Origin: Escherichia phage Ecp_YSF | Reading direction: 5' to 3' (one strand) | Length of the DNA: 53,268 nucleotides | Sequence record: OR327751.1 | In this document: positions 19,883-30,009 of the stretch, in pieces | Numbering within the stretch: the stretch's first letter is position 1 | Layout: every line of letters starts with the position of its first letter | Position numbers and translations under genes: made by a program | The notes under the pieces: model-generated | What the model saw: only the letters and a program-made list of their open reading frames with translations | Databases searched by the model: none | What the model was told of the DNA's origin: nothing

Positions 19883-19891
19883 GGGTGAACA

Positions 19892-20347
19892 GTGAAGCAA
19901 TATTCGTTTTATAATACAGACCTCCTGATTGACGGTGCTCGTGTAGACGGTTTTCAGGCAGGGCAATCTGTAATTACGGCACGCTACAACGTGCCACAAC
20001 ATGTTCCTGTAATGGATGCTTACGGCAAACTTGCTGTAGCAACCACTGCTGACCAGTCTGGGGTTATTACTTTCCCTCTGCTGCAAACGGCAGACTGGAA
20101 CGAAATTCTGTATCAACGTGCGCAGCTTACTCGTGCAACTGGCCTGTCTGGTAATAAATCCCTGTGGGAACCTTTGCAGATTCAGTTGGTAGATAAGATG
20201 GGCGACGTTCTGGTTAACGGTGTTAACGGTGCAATCCTGCAACAGCCTGCTATTGTTCGTGGTGTAACCTTTACATCCAACATGTGGGCTATCTTTGTAG
20301 AGCGCCTCACCATCGTAACTGGCCAGTATCCAGAAATCGGCGTATAA
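19892..20347 (+). CDS. Tail tube protein
   Basis: 151 aa immediately after sheath; GTG start with upstream AGGGTG. Confidence 0.45.
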   Translation: MKQYSFYNTDLLIDGARVDGFQAGQSVITARYNVPQHVPVMDAYGKLAVATTADQSGVITFPLLQTADWNEILYQRAQLTRATGLSGNKSLWEPLQIQLVDKMGDVLVNGVNGAILQQPAIVRGVTFTSNMWAIFVERLTIVTGQYPEIGV

Positions 20348-20362
20348 CATTAAGGTAAGAGC

Positions 20363-20821
20363 ATGGCTTGTGAACTTCGTCAACGCGAGTTACAAGCCGA
20401 CTCTGGTGATGTAGTCTTGGTTGGTACTCGTCAATTGAGTGCCAGCCAAGCTCTTGACCTACAAGTCGAGCTTGTTCAGAAACTTGGAACTTCAATCTTC
20501 CCATTCGTTGAGAATAAATATAACTTTGCAGACATTATTTATTTAATGCAGCAAGGTGGGACGAGTAACGAAGTAACAGAATTAATTAAACGTGTAGTGT
20601 GTATGGCAACCATTGATGGTGTCGAAGTTACTCCACGCACTATGCAAATGAAATACAACGGCAACTTGATGCTTATGCACCATGTGTTTGCATTTGTTTT
20701 GGAATCGAACTTCCTTGATTTTTTCAAGCAAGGGCTCGAACTCAACGAACGCAGACGATTGGAGGCGGTGGAAGCATCCAAGATGGCCGAGCAGAAGAAT
20801 TCGAGTCCGGAAACGATTTAA
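20363..20821 (+). CDS. Tail assembly chaperone (G-like), zero-frame product
   Basis: 152 aa directly upstream of tape-measure gene; contains a T_TTT_TTC slippery heptamer. Confidence 0.55.
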   Translation: MACELRQRELQADSGDVVLVGTRQLSASQALDLQVELVQKLGTSIFPFVENKYNFADIIYLMQQGGTSNEVTELIKRVVCMATIDGVEVTPRTMQMKYNGNLMLMHHVFAFVLESNFLDFFKQGLELNERRRLEAVEASKMAEQKNSSPETI

Positions 20822-20997
20822 CTGCAAAGTTCCCGGAAATAAAATACTTCTTGCACCGTCCTGTAATAGAGGACAGTTCACTCTGTTCTCTTAAAGAGTT
20901 ACAAGATGGGACCTACTCTATTATGGATTTGTTGACCTTCCACGCAATACTCGATTTGCGTAACGAATTAAAACCTAAAGAAGAAGACAATGGCTAA
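20719..20997 (+). other. Predicted -1 frameshift extension of tail assembly chaperone (GT-like product)
   Basis: Heptamer T_TTT_TTC at 20719-20725; -1 frame is open for 93 codons from 20719 to TAA at 20995-20997, ending at the tape-measure start. Confidence 0.5.
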
Positions 20998-23900
20998 TAA
21001 CATAAAAGATTTGATGAGAATGTCCGAAGCCGAATTGATTGGCTTAGGCGCTCAATATGGTCTGTCGTTCAATCCAGGTATGCGCAAACGAGATATGGCA
21101 CAGCAACTTGAATCAAGTGCTGCATCTGGTTGGATGGAAACAAATTCGCAGCTTATGGAAGAAACCCATACAGAAGATGATGGCATCTCTTATGGCACTT
21201 CCGACATGATTTCAGACTCAGCCCACATTGCACAGATGATTTCTGGCGCTGGGCTGACTGAAACATTCCATGCTGCAATGAACGGTCCAAGTCACCATGT
21301 AGAAGCTATTCATGCCTACATGGAGAAATTAGGTGTATCCGCCGATGATGTGTGGATGCACATGCCCAAAGCAAACCCGAACAAACCGGAAGGTCATTGG
21401 GGAATGCTTAATGCGTACATGCGTGATACGCTGACAGGCCATCAAGATATAATGCCAGAGCTTCCTGGACATTATTCGGGCGACATTATGGGCGAGTATT
21501 CCACAAACCGTGGAGATATTGCCAAGTCGTTCGGCTATCTTGCCCACATGTATGTTGACCGTGAACAATACGACAACCCAGACCGCTATGCACGAGATGT
21601 TTATCGTGTAGCCAAACGTTTAGAATCAGAATTGCCGCAAAACTTCCGAGAAGTTGCTGCGGTATCTGCAATGAATGTAGGAAATAAGTCGGGGCCAAAA
21701 CTTTCATACATGGATTCATTGCCTAAACTTGGCTCTGAATCAATTGTTAGTGGTATCCAACACCCTCGACAGCCACTTAACGCATCTGGTTTACCACTTG
21801 GTTCATTTGGCAGCGGTATTAATGCCGAATACTCATTATCTGCATCCTTGTCTGGCTCGCCAGGCTGGTCTGATGTAAGTAGGACTCTGTACCAAGATGT
21901 TTCTAGCGTAGTTAAGTCTGCGGCAAAGGTCTATTCTGGTGATTCTGAAAGAGGAATGAACGCGTACCGCACTCAATCTTCTGACAGAGATTTGATTCTT
22001 GATTCTGCTTCCCGCTATGCAGACATTATAGATGTTCGTTCTGGGTATGAGAATCTTAAGAAAGATATTGGTGACGACCCTCGCTACTCTGGTGCATCCA
22101 TCCGTGGCGTACTTGAGAATGCTCACCAATATAATGAGGCAGAGGTAAGCAAGACATTTGACCCTGCTGAACGCTTAAGAAACACTGAACCTGCCGAACT
22201 AAGCCCTTCAACAGAGTTTATTACGCAACTCGATTCACCAACGAGTTGGAACTCTGCTCGCGCTCGTCGTGAGAGTATTGCTATATCTAACTTGGACTCT
22301 GCTCCACAACCAGCTCCGAAAGAAGGCCCAATCCATTATCACAACATGGAACAGGGAACTCAGGAATGGTTGGACTTCCGCAAACAATACGACATTACTG
22401 GCTCCACTGTTGGTTCGTTTCTTGGTAACAATGAATACACCCGACCTTGGGCTGCAATGATTGATAAAATTGGCCTACAACGCGGAAAGGGGCCAAGTGA
22501 ATTTACTAAAAGAATGTTCGAAGCAGGTCATCGGACGGAAGAAATTGCTCGTAACCGTGTCGCCAAAGAGTTTGGATTCGATATCGAGCAAGCTGGCGCA
22601 ATAACAAATGACAATTATCCGTCGTTCATGTATTCTCCAGATGGCCTTATCGGTGATGACGCGATTTGGGAACACAAGAATCCTGAAAGGGCTAAAAAGT
22701 TTTCTAATCTCTCTGCTGGCGAGCATAAGGACTATTTCGACCAAATTCAATTTGGCTTGCTTGTATCTGGCCGTAGTCGTGCACTGTTCTCTCAGACAAT
22801 CGGGGACAAGACGGTATCTGAGTGGATTGAGAAAGACGAGGGATGGTACGAGCGCAACAAAGATAAGATTGATTCTACTATTGGGCGTCTCAATGCTGGT
22901 CGAAAGTTTGTTGAAGATAATCCAGACTTACCTAATGATGAGTTAATCAAGGGTGCTCGTGCTGCAATGACTGGCGATGGCATCTGGAAAGATGTTAAGC
23001 AAAGGTCGACTCGTGGATATTCTGCCGCAGCTGGAACACCTGATGACCCATTCATAGGCAACCGCACTGATGCTGGAATTGGCGAGGCCACGACTTCTGC
23101 CGTAGGCTCTGACAGCACGACTGGCAATGACTCGATGGCAGTATCTGTCAAGAAAGGTATTCTTGCTGCACAGGAAGAAAACAAACTGCGCGGACAAGAT
23201 GCCGACTTTGGTGGAAATGATGGTCGTGGTGGCGGTGGTGGCTTCTGGGATACATTTGATGCCAGCAGTTATGGTATCAGCGGAGGTGGTTCTGGTGGCG
23301 GTGGTCGTGGTGGTTGGAGAGTTGGCGGTAGCTTCTCAGATGACTTCGGTCGTGCTGGTGGGGCATTGGCTGCTGGCGTAGCTGGTGGCAGTATTGGTTC
23401 ATTATCCAATGGCGCAATGAATGCCCTCATGATGACTCCTTGGGGTCGTGTAGCTGGCATGGCTATTGGTGCTGCCCAGATTGGAAACGAAGCTCTGGAA
23501 GGTCTGAACGACTTCTATGGCAATTCTTTAGATGCTGGTGTTAATAATCCTAACGAGTATTCTTCCATGACTCAGGGCATGGAAATGTTGGGACTTAACT
23601 CACAACAAGCCAATCGACTCAATCAAACCACACATAGTGCCTATAACACCCTCCTAAATGGCGACCCCAGCGGCGCTGTGAACATCGTTCAGGGAACCCG
23701 TGGTCTTATCACAATTGGCGACATTCGTGCGGCACAGGGCGACCCTGTGGCCCTAGCGCGGATAATGCGTGAGCGTGGTCAGGAACGGGGTTGGAGTCAG
23801 GCCCGTATTGCTGGTGCAATGCAAATGGCTGGTCTGGATGGTATGGCTCGTGCCTATGACCGTACAGAATACAGCATGGGCGAGGCTGAGGCGAACGTTA

Positions 23901-24661
23901 AGCGCGGAGCCGACTCAAACTATGCCGAAGGCGTTGCACAGCTAGGAATCGCGCAGACGGAGCGTGCTGGCGTACTGCCTGGATACGCTGTTCCGCAAGC
24001 TGCAATTTCATACGGCAGCACCTTTATTGAGGCAGGTGGTGACGCAGCCAGAGTGATGCGTATGACCTCCAACGGTACAGCCGATGCAGCACGTAATGTT
24101 TATGACTTTATCGCGGGAGAAGAGTCAGGGAACCGCGATTTTAACGCAGATGGTTCGGTAGTTACATCGCCAACTGGTGCTAAAGGTCGTATGCAAGTTC
24201 TTGATTCAACTTCTCGTGACCCTGGCTTTGGTGTTCGTCCTGCCAAAGATAACTCACTTGAAGAACGTGCTCGTGTTGGTCGTGATTATTACGATGCAAT
24301 GCTTAAGCGATATAATGGTGACGCTGAGAAGGCTATGGCGGCGTATACAGATGGTGCCGGGACTGTTGATGATGCTATCAACAAACATGGAACCGACTGG
24401 CTGAACGCTGTTCCACTACAGGCACAGAACCGTGTCAAGAAGTACCGCGAATGGGCTTCTCAGGGAGATTCTATTGCAGAAGGTGCAACTGGATTCACCA
24501 GAAACGGACTGTCCTATGGTCAGACACAGCCCACCATAGTTAACGTTGAAGTCAAAGCTACCGTAAACAACAAACAAGCGTCTGCAACCGTGTCAACTCC
24601 GAACGGTCAAACTGTTACCCAAACAATCAACATGGGTAATGGTGCAATGGAACGCAGATAA
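20990..24661 (+). CDS. Tape-measure-like protein with embedded YqaJ-like PD-(D/E)xK nuclease domain and C-terminal lytic transglycosylase domain
   Basis: 1223 aa after chaperone. Central block QGTQEWLDFRKQYDITGSTVGSFLG ... EAGHRTEE ... SPDGLIGDDAIWEHKNPE (about nt 22340-22800); Gly-rich hydrophobic stretch about nt 23200-23450; SLT-like ESGNRDF ... GAKGRMQVLDSTSRD (about nt 24100-24420). Confidence 0.6.
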   Translation: MANNIKDLMRMSEAELIGLGAQYGLSFNPGMRKRDMAQQLESSAASGWMETNSQLMEETHTEDDGISYGTSDMISDSAHIAQMISGAGLTETFHAAMNGPSHHVEAIHAYMEKLGVSADDVWMHMPKANPNKPEGHWGMLNAYMRDTLTGHQDIMPELPGHYSGDIMGEYSTNRGDIAKSFGYLAHMYVDREQYDNPDRYARDVYRVAKRLESELPQNFREVAAVSAMNVGNKSGPKLSYMDSLPKLGSESIVSGIQHPRQPLNASGLPLGSFGSGINAEYSLSASLSGSPGWSDVSRTLYQDVSSVVKSAAKVYSGDSERGMNAYRTQSSDRDLILDSASRYADIIDVRSGYENLKKDIGDDPRYSGASIRGVLENAHQYNEAEVSKTFDPAERLRNTEPAELSPSTEFITQLDSPTSWNSARARRESIAISNLDSAPQPAPKEGPIHYHNMEQGTQEWLDFRKQYDITGSTVGSFLGNNEYTRPWAAMIDKIGLQRGKGPSEFTKRMFEAGHRTEEIARNRVAKEFGFDIEQAGAITNDNYPSFMYSPDGLIGDDAIWEHKNPERAKKFSNLSAGEHKDYFDQIQFGLLVSGRSRALFSQTIGDKTVSEWIEKDEGWYERNKDKIDSTIGRLNAGRKFVEDNPDLPNDELIKGARAAMTGDGIWKDVKQRSTRGYSAAAGTPDDPFIGNRTDAGIGEATTSAVGSDSTTGNDSMAVSVKKGILAAQEENKLRGQDADFGGNDGRGGGGGFWDTFDASSYGISGGGSGGGGRGGWRVGGSFSDDFGRAGGALAAGVAGGSIGSLSNGAMNALMMTPWGRVAGMAIGAAQIGNEALEGLNDFYGNSLDAGVNNPNEYSSMTQGMEMLGLNSQQANRLNQTTHSAYNTLLNGDPSGAVNIVQGTRGLITIGDIRAAQGDPVALARIMRERGQERGWSQARIAGAMQMAGLDGMARAYDRTEYSMGEAEANVKRGADSNYAEGVAQLGIAQTERAGVLPGYAVPQAAISYGSTFIEAGGDAARVMRMTSNGTADAARNVYDFIAGEESGNRDFNADGSVVTSPTGAKGRMQVLDSTSRDPGFGVRPAKDNSLEERARVGRDYYDAMLKRYNGDAEKAMAAYTDGAGTVDDAINKHGTDWLNAVPLQAQNRVKKYREWASQGDSIAEGATGFTRNGLSYGQTQPTIVNVEVKATVNNKQASATVSTPNGQTVTQTINMGNGAMERR

Positions 24662-24666
24662 GAAAG

Positions 24667-24695
24667 TGCCGGGATTAATCTCGGCATTCTTCTTT
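24667..24695 (+). terminator. Terminator-like hairpin after tape-measure gene
   Basis: TGCCGGGA-ttaa-TCTCGGCA followed by TTCTTCTTT. Confidence 0.5.
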
Positions 24696-24736
24696 AACAT
24701 TATTTGAATATGTATTAATTTCAATAGGTGTATAAC

Positions 24737-25834
24737 ATGCCGTGGATGCGTGGTATAGAGATAGTTGTCTCAAGAAAGGATGACCCAGAAACCAAGTCTG
24801 TGTTTAAAGCACACAAGATTGATTTCACCATCCGGTCAACTGTTGGTTGGCCAGCAGATACTGCCGATATTACTCTATACAACCTGGGCGTCGATGAAGT
24901 TAAATTCCTTCAAGACAAGTCCTATGGTGATATGTATATTGAAATTCGTGCAGGATATTACGAAGACGAGCGTGTCGTTAATGCTGGTCATAATAAGTAT
25001 CAAAGCCCAGGTCAGATGGATTCGGAAGTAAGGGTTGAGATTGGCCAAGTCCTTCCAACAATCTTCTCTGGCATCGTAACAAACGCAGTGGGATTCAGAC
25101 GCCCTCCAGAACACATAACACAATTGTTTTGTATCTCCAAAGCCTATGGTGCATCTACTGAGTTTACTCAGATGAGGGACATTCCAAATGGGGCAACCTT
25201 GGAAGATGCCATTCGTTCTATGTGTGCTGACTATGGCTTCTCAACCATTTCATCTTTTGGTGTTGAAGAATCTGTATTCAAAACCAAGTTGAAGTTAGGT
25301 CGAGTATTCCATGACACATTCTTGGAAGAATTTCGGGCCTTGCTTGGGGAATATAATTTACTATTCTCAGTAACAACTGGTGAGATTCAAATCTTTCCAG
25401 ACACCTACGGCAATAAAGATGCTGTAGACAGAATGTCAAAAGACCGTGAACCAATCAAGCTGGATGCCAATCAGGTTATTGGGAACCCTATTGCTGGAAT
25501 TGCAACATACTCCTTGAATACATTTCTTAACGCCAGCTATCAGCCAGGAATGATTCTGGATGTATCTCCTTTGTTGGGAGAACAATTGCTGGCTAATGGC
25601 GTTACTTCGGTAAATGGAAAAGGTGTTGTATTAAACACAGACCAAAGCGTGTTCCGTTGGGCGATGGAAGATAAATACTTCATCACAGAAGTTGTCCATC
25701 ATGGCTCAACCCATGAAACTGTTTTCCAAACATCCATCACTGCAATGCTTGGTGGCAATACTGCAATGGGCGGTAAAGAAGCGGCTTGGCAGCAAGCCTA
25801 CTTAAACAGTGGAATGGCTATGGAGTCTTTCTAA
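24737..25834 (+). CDS. Tail / baseplate hub-associated protein
   Basis: About 365 aa, first gene after tape measure; ATG 24737 with AGGTG upstream. Confidence 0.4.
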   Translation: MPWMRGIEIVVSRKDDPETKSVFKAHKIDFTIRSTVGWPADTADITLYNLGVDEVKFLQDKSYGDMYIEIRAGYYEDERVVNAGHNKYQSPGQMDSEVRVEIGQVLPTIFSGIVTNAVGFRRPPEHITQLFCISKAYGASTEFTQMRDIPNGATLEDAIRSMCADYGFSTISSFGVEESVFKTKLKLGRVFHDTFLEEFRALLGEYNLLFSVTTGEIQIFPDTYGNKDAVDRMSKDREPIKLDANQVIGNPIAGIATYSLNTFLNASYQPGMILDVSPLLGEQLLANGVTSVNGKGVVLNTDQSVFRWAMEDKYFITEVVHHGSTHETVFQTSITAMLGGNTAMGGKEAAWQQAYLNSGMAMESF

Positions 25835-26736
25835 TGGCATTAATTGATACAAGTCTTATTGGGGATGGATTATCATCCCTATCGAAAGCATTTAGTTATG
25901 GGCATAACCCGTCTGTGATTATGTGGTCTAATGGCCCATCGGTCCAGAAAGAAGACGAAGGATTGTTTGGTAAAGCCTTTGGTGGCATTGCTAAGACAAT
26001 GGAACCTCTTGTTACATCTTCGGCCCCAGAGAGTTTCAACTCTTTTAAGTTCGATGCAATTGTTAGTGAAGAGCACGATGCTCAGTCGGTCGTTACCAAG
26101 TTCCCTGTAAGTTCTGGCTTCATGGTTAGTGACCACATTATCAAACAAAACCGAATCTTAAAACTAACTGCTGTTGCAACAAACATGCAGAACGCTGCAA
26201 TGTGGACTGCTTCTGTTCAGGGTTTATCTGTTGCCACTGGTGCAATCTTTAACAACCCAATCATTCCCATCATCGGTGCTGCTGCTGGTGCTGTTGCCTC
26301 TGCATTTGAAACGAGCAATCGAATCCAGTCTACCTACGATTTGTTCAACAACTTTCGCTCAACCGGAACCAAGCTGTACATCTCCACTATCATCGGCCCT
26401 TATTTGAATTGTGTAGTAACTGGCATTCGAACTAAGACTGACAAAATGACTTCTGCAATTCTGGCTGTTGAAATTACACTGGAAGAGCTGCAAGTTATTG
26501 GTGAAGATGTTCTGGCAATCGAGGCTCGTAAAGCAATGCAGTCTATGACAGATTATTCAGAATTTGGGAAGATTGCTCAAAGTGCTGGTATAGGTGCTCT
26601 TGGCGGTGCTGGCGTAACTCTCCCAGGTCTGGGTGCAGTTGGCGCTACGGCAGTGAGTCAGCTTGGTACGTTAAAAGATAAACTTGCCAAACTGGAATCT
26701 CCTCTGTCCTCGGTTAAAGGGAAGCTGTTCAAATGA
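25834..26736 (+). CDS. Baseplate protein
   Basis: About 300 aa; ATG overlaps upstream stop (TAATG). Confidence 0.4.
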   Translation: MALIDTSLIGDGLSSLSKAFSYGHNPSVIMWSNGPSVQKEDEGLFGKAFGGIAKTMEPLVTSSAPESFNSFKFDAIVSEEHDAQSVVTKFPVSSGFMVSDHIIKQNRILKLTAVATNMQNAAMWTASVQGLSVATGAIFNNPIIPIIGAAAGAVASAFETSNRIQSTYDLFNNFRSTGTKLYISTIIGPYLNCVVTGIRTKTDKMTSAILAVEITLEELQVIGEDVLAIEARKAMQSMTDYSEFGKIAQSAGIGALGGAGVTLPGLGAVGATAVSQLGTLKDKLAKLESPLSSVKGKLFK

Positions 26737-27095
26737 CAGAACAACAAGCTATGCAAGAGATATTATCACTACTCCCACCAGGATATGTGAAGACTGTCCC
26801 ATACGATACCTCAAAGGATGTATCTTTCGAGTTTCGTGGTGTCACAGTTAAAATGTCTGCATTGTATTTAAACGAGTATTTAAACTGCTACATGTTTGAC
26901 CTTGCTTGGGGTTCATCTGAAAAGATTTATGGAATCCCTATTCGCGGAGGTGTTGATATTCTTAAGCAATACAGCACACCACTGCCAAACATGTACGTTA
27001 CGAATACTGTAAGTCCAGGAGAAGAGGTCTACACTTGGCGACAAATGTTCCTCTTCATTGTAGATGCGAGTGTACTTGAACGTGGCGAGTCATAA
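26733..27095 (+). CDS. Hypothetical baseplate protein (120 aa)
   Basis: ATGA overlap with upstream gene. Confidence 0.4.
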   Translation: MTEQQAMQEILSLLPPGYVKTVPYDTSKDVSFEFRGVTVKMSALYLNEYLNCYMFDLAWGSSEKIYGIPIRGGVDILKQYSTPLPNMYVTNTVSPGEEVYTWRQMFLFIVDASVLERGES

Positions 27096-27855
27096 CAACG
27101 ATGTAAAGTCTGCAACTGTTAATACAGGATACCCAGGCCATATTTATAACTTCGATGCTGTAACTCAAACCTGTGAGGTGCAGCTTGCAATCGAAAACCT
27201 ATTTACAGGCTACACCAATGCCTACACCTTAGAGAAGAAGAAGCGGCTCAGAAATGTTCCTGTGCAGTTCATCCAAGGTGGCGGCTGGAGTCTAACACAT
27301 CCGGTTCCAGATGGTACTCCTTGCTATGTTCATTTTGCTCAGCGCGGGATTGAACATTGGTTGGCAGAGAATAGAGACTCTGCTGGCATGATTGGTGGAA
27401 GACCTGCCCCAGCATTCAGTCAGTTGTTCTCCCACAACTCTGCTGTGTGCATTATTGGGATACAACCAATTCCAGGTGCAATACCAGGATTTAATGCAGG
27501 AGTTACTGAACTCCGAAATGCAAGTCGTGACCAACGTCTGACTCTTCATGGTGACGGAAAGGTAGAACTTATTACTGGTGCTGCAAAGATTACAATCACG
27601 AAAGATTCGGAGATAGTAATTGAAGCGACAGAAAAAGCGTCTGTTATCTCGCCGCAAATCCTTTTGGATGGCGACACCACAGTTACAAAATCGCTCACCG
27701 TTCTCGGAGGAATGTCAGTGTCAGGTGGCAGTGGTGGAACAATGTCAATTACGGGCGATATGGTTCAACAGGGTACGTTCACCATTAACGGAGTCACGGT
27801 TAACGAACACACCCACACTAACCCAGAAGGCGGCGATGTAGGGCCGATGAAATAA
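27064..27855 (+). CDS. Baseplate spike / gpV-like protein
   Basis: Gly-rich C-terminus SGGSGGTMSITGDMVQQGTFTINGVTVNEHTHTNPEGG. Confidence 0.5.
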   Translation: MRVYLNVASHNNDVKSATVNTGYPGHIYNFDAVTQTCEVQLAIENLFTGYTNAYTLEKKKRLRNVPVQFIQGGGWSLTHPVPDGTPCYVHFAQRGIEHWLAENRDSAGMIGGRPAPAFSQLFSHNSAVCIIGIQPIPGAIPGFNAGVTELRNASRDQRLTLHGDGKVELITGAAKITITKDSEIVIEATEKASVISPQILLDGDTTVTKSLTVLGGMSVSGGSGGTMSITGDMVQQGTFTINGVTVNEHTHTNPEGGDVGPMK

Positions 27856-28226
27856 TGGCTGGAAACTTACTGTTAGATTCTAACCACGATATTATTATTG
27901 GTCGTGGTGCAACCAGGGTCGGTGGTGTAGAAGAGGTTGCTCAAATAGTTAAGTGCAGATTACTAACAGTGTTCGGAGAATGGAAACATGACACGACCAC
28001 TGGCCTCCCTTGGTTCGAGGGAATCTTCACTAAGACTGTCAGAACTGCTGATATTGAAGCAGCCATCGCCAACGTCATTCGAAGCACCCCAGGTGTTCAA
28101 CAACTTATCTCTATAAATATTGATGCTGACTTCCGTGAGCGTGAAGTAAGAGTTTCATTCATTGCTATCTCAGATTATGGAAGTCTTGAGGATTACTTAA
28201 CATGGCAACAATCCAGTACGGCGTGA
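27855..28226 (+). CDS. Baseplate wedge protein (gp25/GPW-like)
   Basis: 123 aa, position immediately before J-like gene. Confidence 0.45.
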   Translation: MAGNLLLDSNHDIIIGRGATRVGGVEEVAQIVKCRLLTVFGEWKHDTTTGLPWFEGIFTKTVRTADIEAAIANVIRSTPGVQQLISINIDADFREREVRVSFIAISDYGSLEDYLTWQQSSTA

Positions 28227-29356
28227 CTGAAAACGGGTTCGTACAGAAGCCTGTTCAAGAAATCGTGTCACACATTAATAGCAGATTCCGTAGCGTGTTC
28301 GGTGCCAACTTCGACATTAGTCCAGAAGGCCCAGATGGACAGGTTATTGGAATTATTTCAGAAGAAATTTCTAAGTGTTGGCAACAGGCTGAAATGGTAT
28401 TCAATGCCTATCGTCCTGGTGCAATGCAGAAGGTTGGTCTGGACAACATCTGCGAGCTAACCTTCACAAAGCGATTAGTCAATTGGCCATCTCGTGTTGG
28501 TGTTCGTTGTGCTGGTCAGGCTGGCACTCTTGTCCCTGCTGGCTCTATTGTCAGTGACGGGACGATGAACTTCAAAACACAGTATGATTGTATTATTCCA
28601 GGAACTGTTACGGCAGTAGCAACTGAGTCTGGCGAATATTACATTGCTGCTAACACTGTTAATAAAATTGTTACCACAGTCGCAGGTTGGGAATCAGTTA
28701 ACAACCCAGAGATTGGGCAAACAGGTGTGGATTATGAGTCTGACCCAGCACTTCGTATCCGCCGTGACAGAACTACTGCGCACAGCGGTTCAGCATTTGT
28801 TGAAGCTATTTACGCTGCACTCGCTGACCTTAATCTTTCTTACATTCGTATTCGTGATAATGATACCGGCGCTCCTATTGGGACTCAGCCTCCGGGTACA
28901 GTATTTGTTGTCGTAGAGGGTGGAACAGAGGACGAAATTGCTCGTCGAATTTACTCCTCCAAAACAGGCGGTGTTCCTACCCATGGTACTACATCCGTAT
29001 CTATCTACGATAGTAAAGGCTATCCGCACGAAATTAAGTTCAGTCGTCCAGAAGATGCAACCATTTATGTAACTGGTACATTCAAGCGTCGCCCTGGTTC
29101 TAATATTAGTTCCAACGATGCGGCACGCCAGTTGCAAACGGCTATGATGGAGTATATCAACTCCCTGAACCCAGGTGATTCTGTTATCTGGTCAGAATGT
29201 TTCAAGCCTATCATGGACGCTACTAACGGTGTTCAGGTTGATTCATTATTCATTGGTACTTCTGCAAGTCCAACTGGAATTGCTACAATCGAGCTGGACA
29301 TTGACAAGAAGGCTGTAGCCACATCTGCGTCTGTAGTTTTCACTGAAACACCATAA
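28202..29356 (+). CDS. Baseplate J-like protein
   Basis: 384 aa following W-like gene in conserved order. Confidence 0.5.
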   Translation: MATIQYGVTENGFVQKPVQEIVSHINSRFRSVFGANFDISPEGPDGQVIGIISEEISKCWQQAEMVFNAYRPGAMQKVGLDNICELTFTKRLVNWPSRVGVRCAGQAGTLVPAGSIVSDGTMNFKTQYDCIIPGTVTAVATESGEYYIAANTVNKIVTTVAGWESVNNPEIGQTGVDYESDPALRIRRDRTTAHSGSAFVEAIYAALADLNLSYIRIRDNDTGAPIGTQPPGTVFVVVEGGTEDEIARRIYSSKTGGVPTHGTTSVSIYDSKGYPHEIKFSRPEDATIYVTGTFKRRPGSNISSNDAARQLQTAMMEYINSLNPGDSVIWSECFKPIMDATNGVQVDSLFIGTSASPTGIATIELDIDKKAVATSASVVFTETP

Positions 29357-29364
29357 GGTTAATA

Positions 29365-30009
29365 ATGGCTGGTAAATCTGGTTTAGATATGCTGCTAATG
29401 CAGTATAGCGATTCTCCAAACTTACGGGCGTACATTCAGATTTTCTTGGACGAGTTAAAGCTCGTCCAGAATGCTCAAGAAGAGTCTGTTAAATACCGAT
29501 ACCTTGCCGATTCATTTGGCGTTATGGTTGATGATATTGCATACCTCGTTGGTGCCAGCCGTACTATCTATGGTGCAGCACCACTTGGGTACTTCGGTTT
29601 CTATTCTGACCCAAGTGCATTCCCTGCCGGAGATGATAATAATCCTGGCGTTGGTGGCATTTTGAAATCAGATGGCGACCGGGACTCTGGTGACTTTGTT
29701 CGTACCGATACTCAACTTAAAGATGCAATACGTGCACGTATCCGCAAGGTTGTAGGAAGCTGCACAATCGAAGAACTGATTGTTTATGTGGACCTTGTTC
29801 TTGGTCGTAGCCTGAATCTTGAAATCATTGAAGGATTCCAGACTCTACATTACCAAGTGCATAACACGCTGTCAGTTGCAGAGAAAGTGTTGTTGGCTTA
29901 CATGCTTCCAGACTTTAAGCCTGTTGGCATCTCCATAACTCTTTCGGACAATGGTGGTGCTATTGAACTCCCATATGTTTCTAAAGTTTATCCACCGGAG
30001 AACCGATGA
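29365..30009 (+). CDS. Baseplate / tail-fibre attachment protein
   Basis: 214 aa between J-like gene and fibre genes. Confidence 0.4.
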   Translation: MAGKSGLDMLLMQYSDSPNLRAYIQIFLDELKLVQNAQEESVKYRYLADSFGVMVDDIAYLVGASRTIYGAAPLGYFGFYSDPSAFPAGDDNNPGVGGILKSDGDRDSGDFVRTDTQLKDAIRARIRKVVGSCTIEELIVYVDLVLGRSLNLEIIEGFQTLHYQVHNTLSVAEKVLLAYMLPDFKPVGISITLSDNGGAIELPYVSKVYPPENR

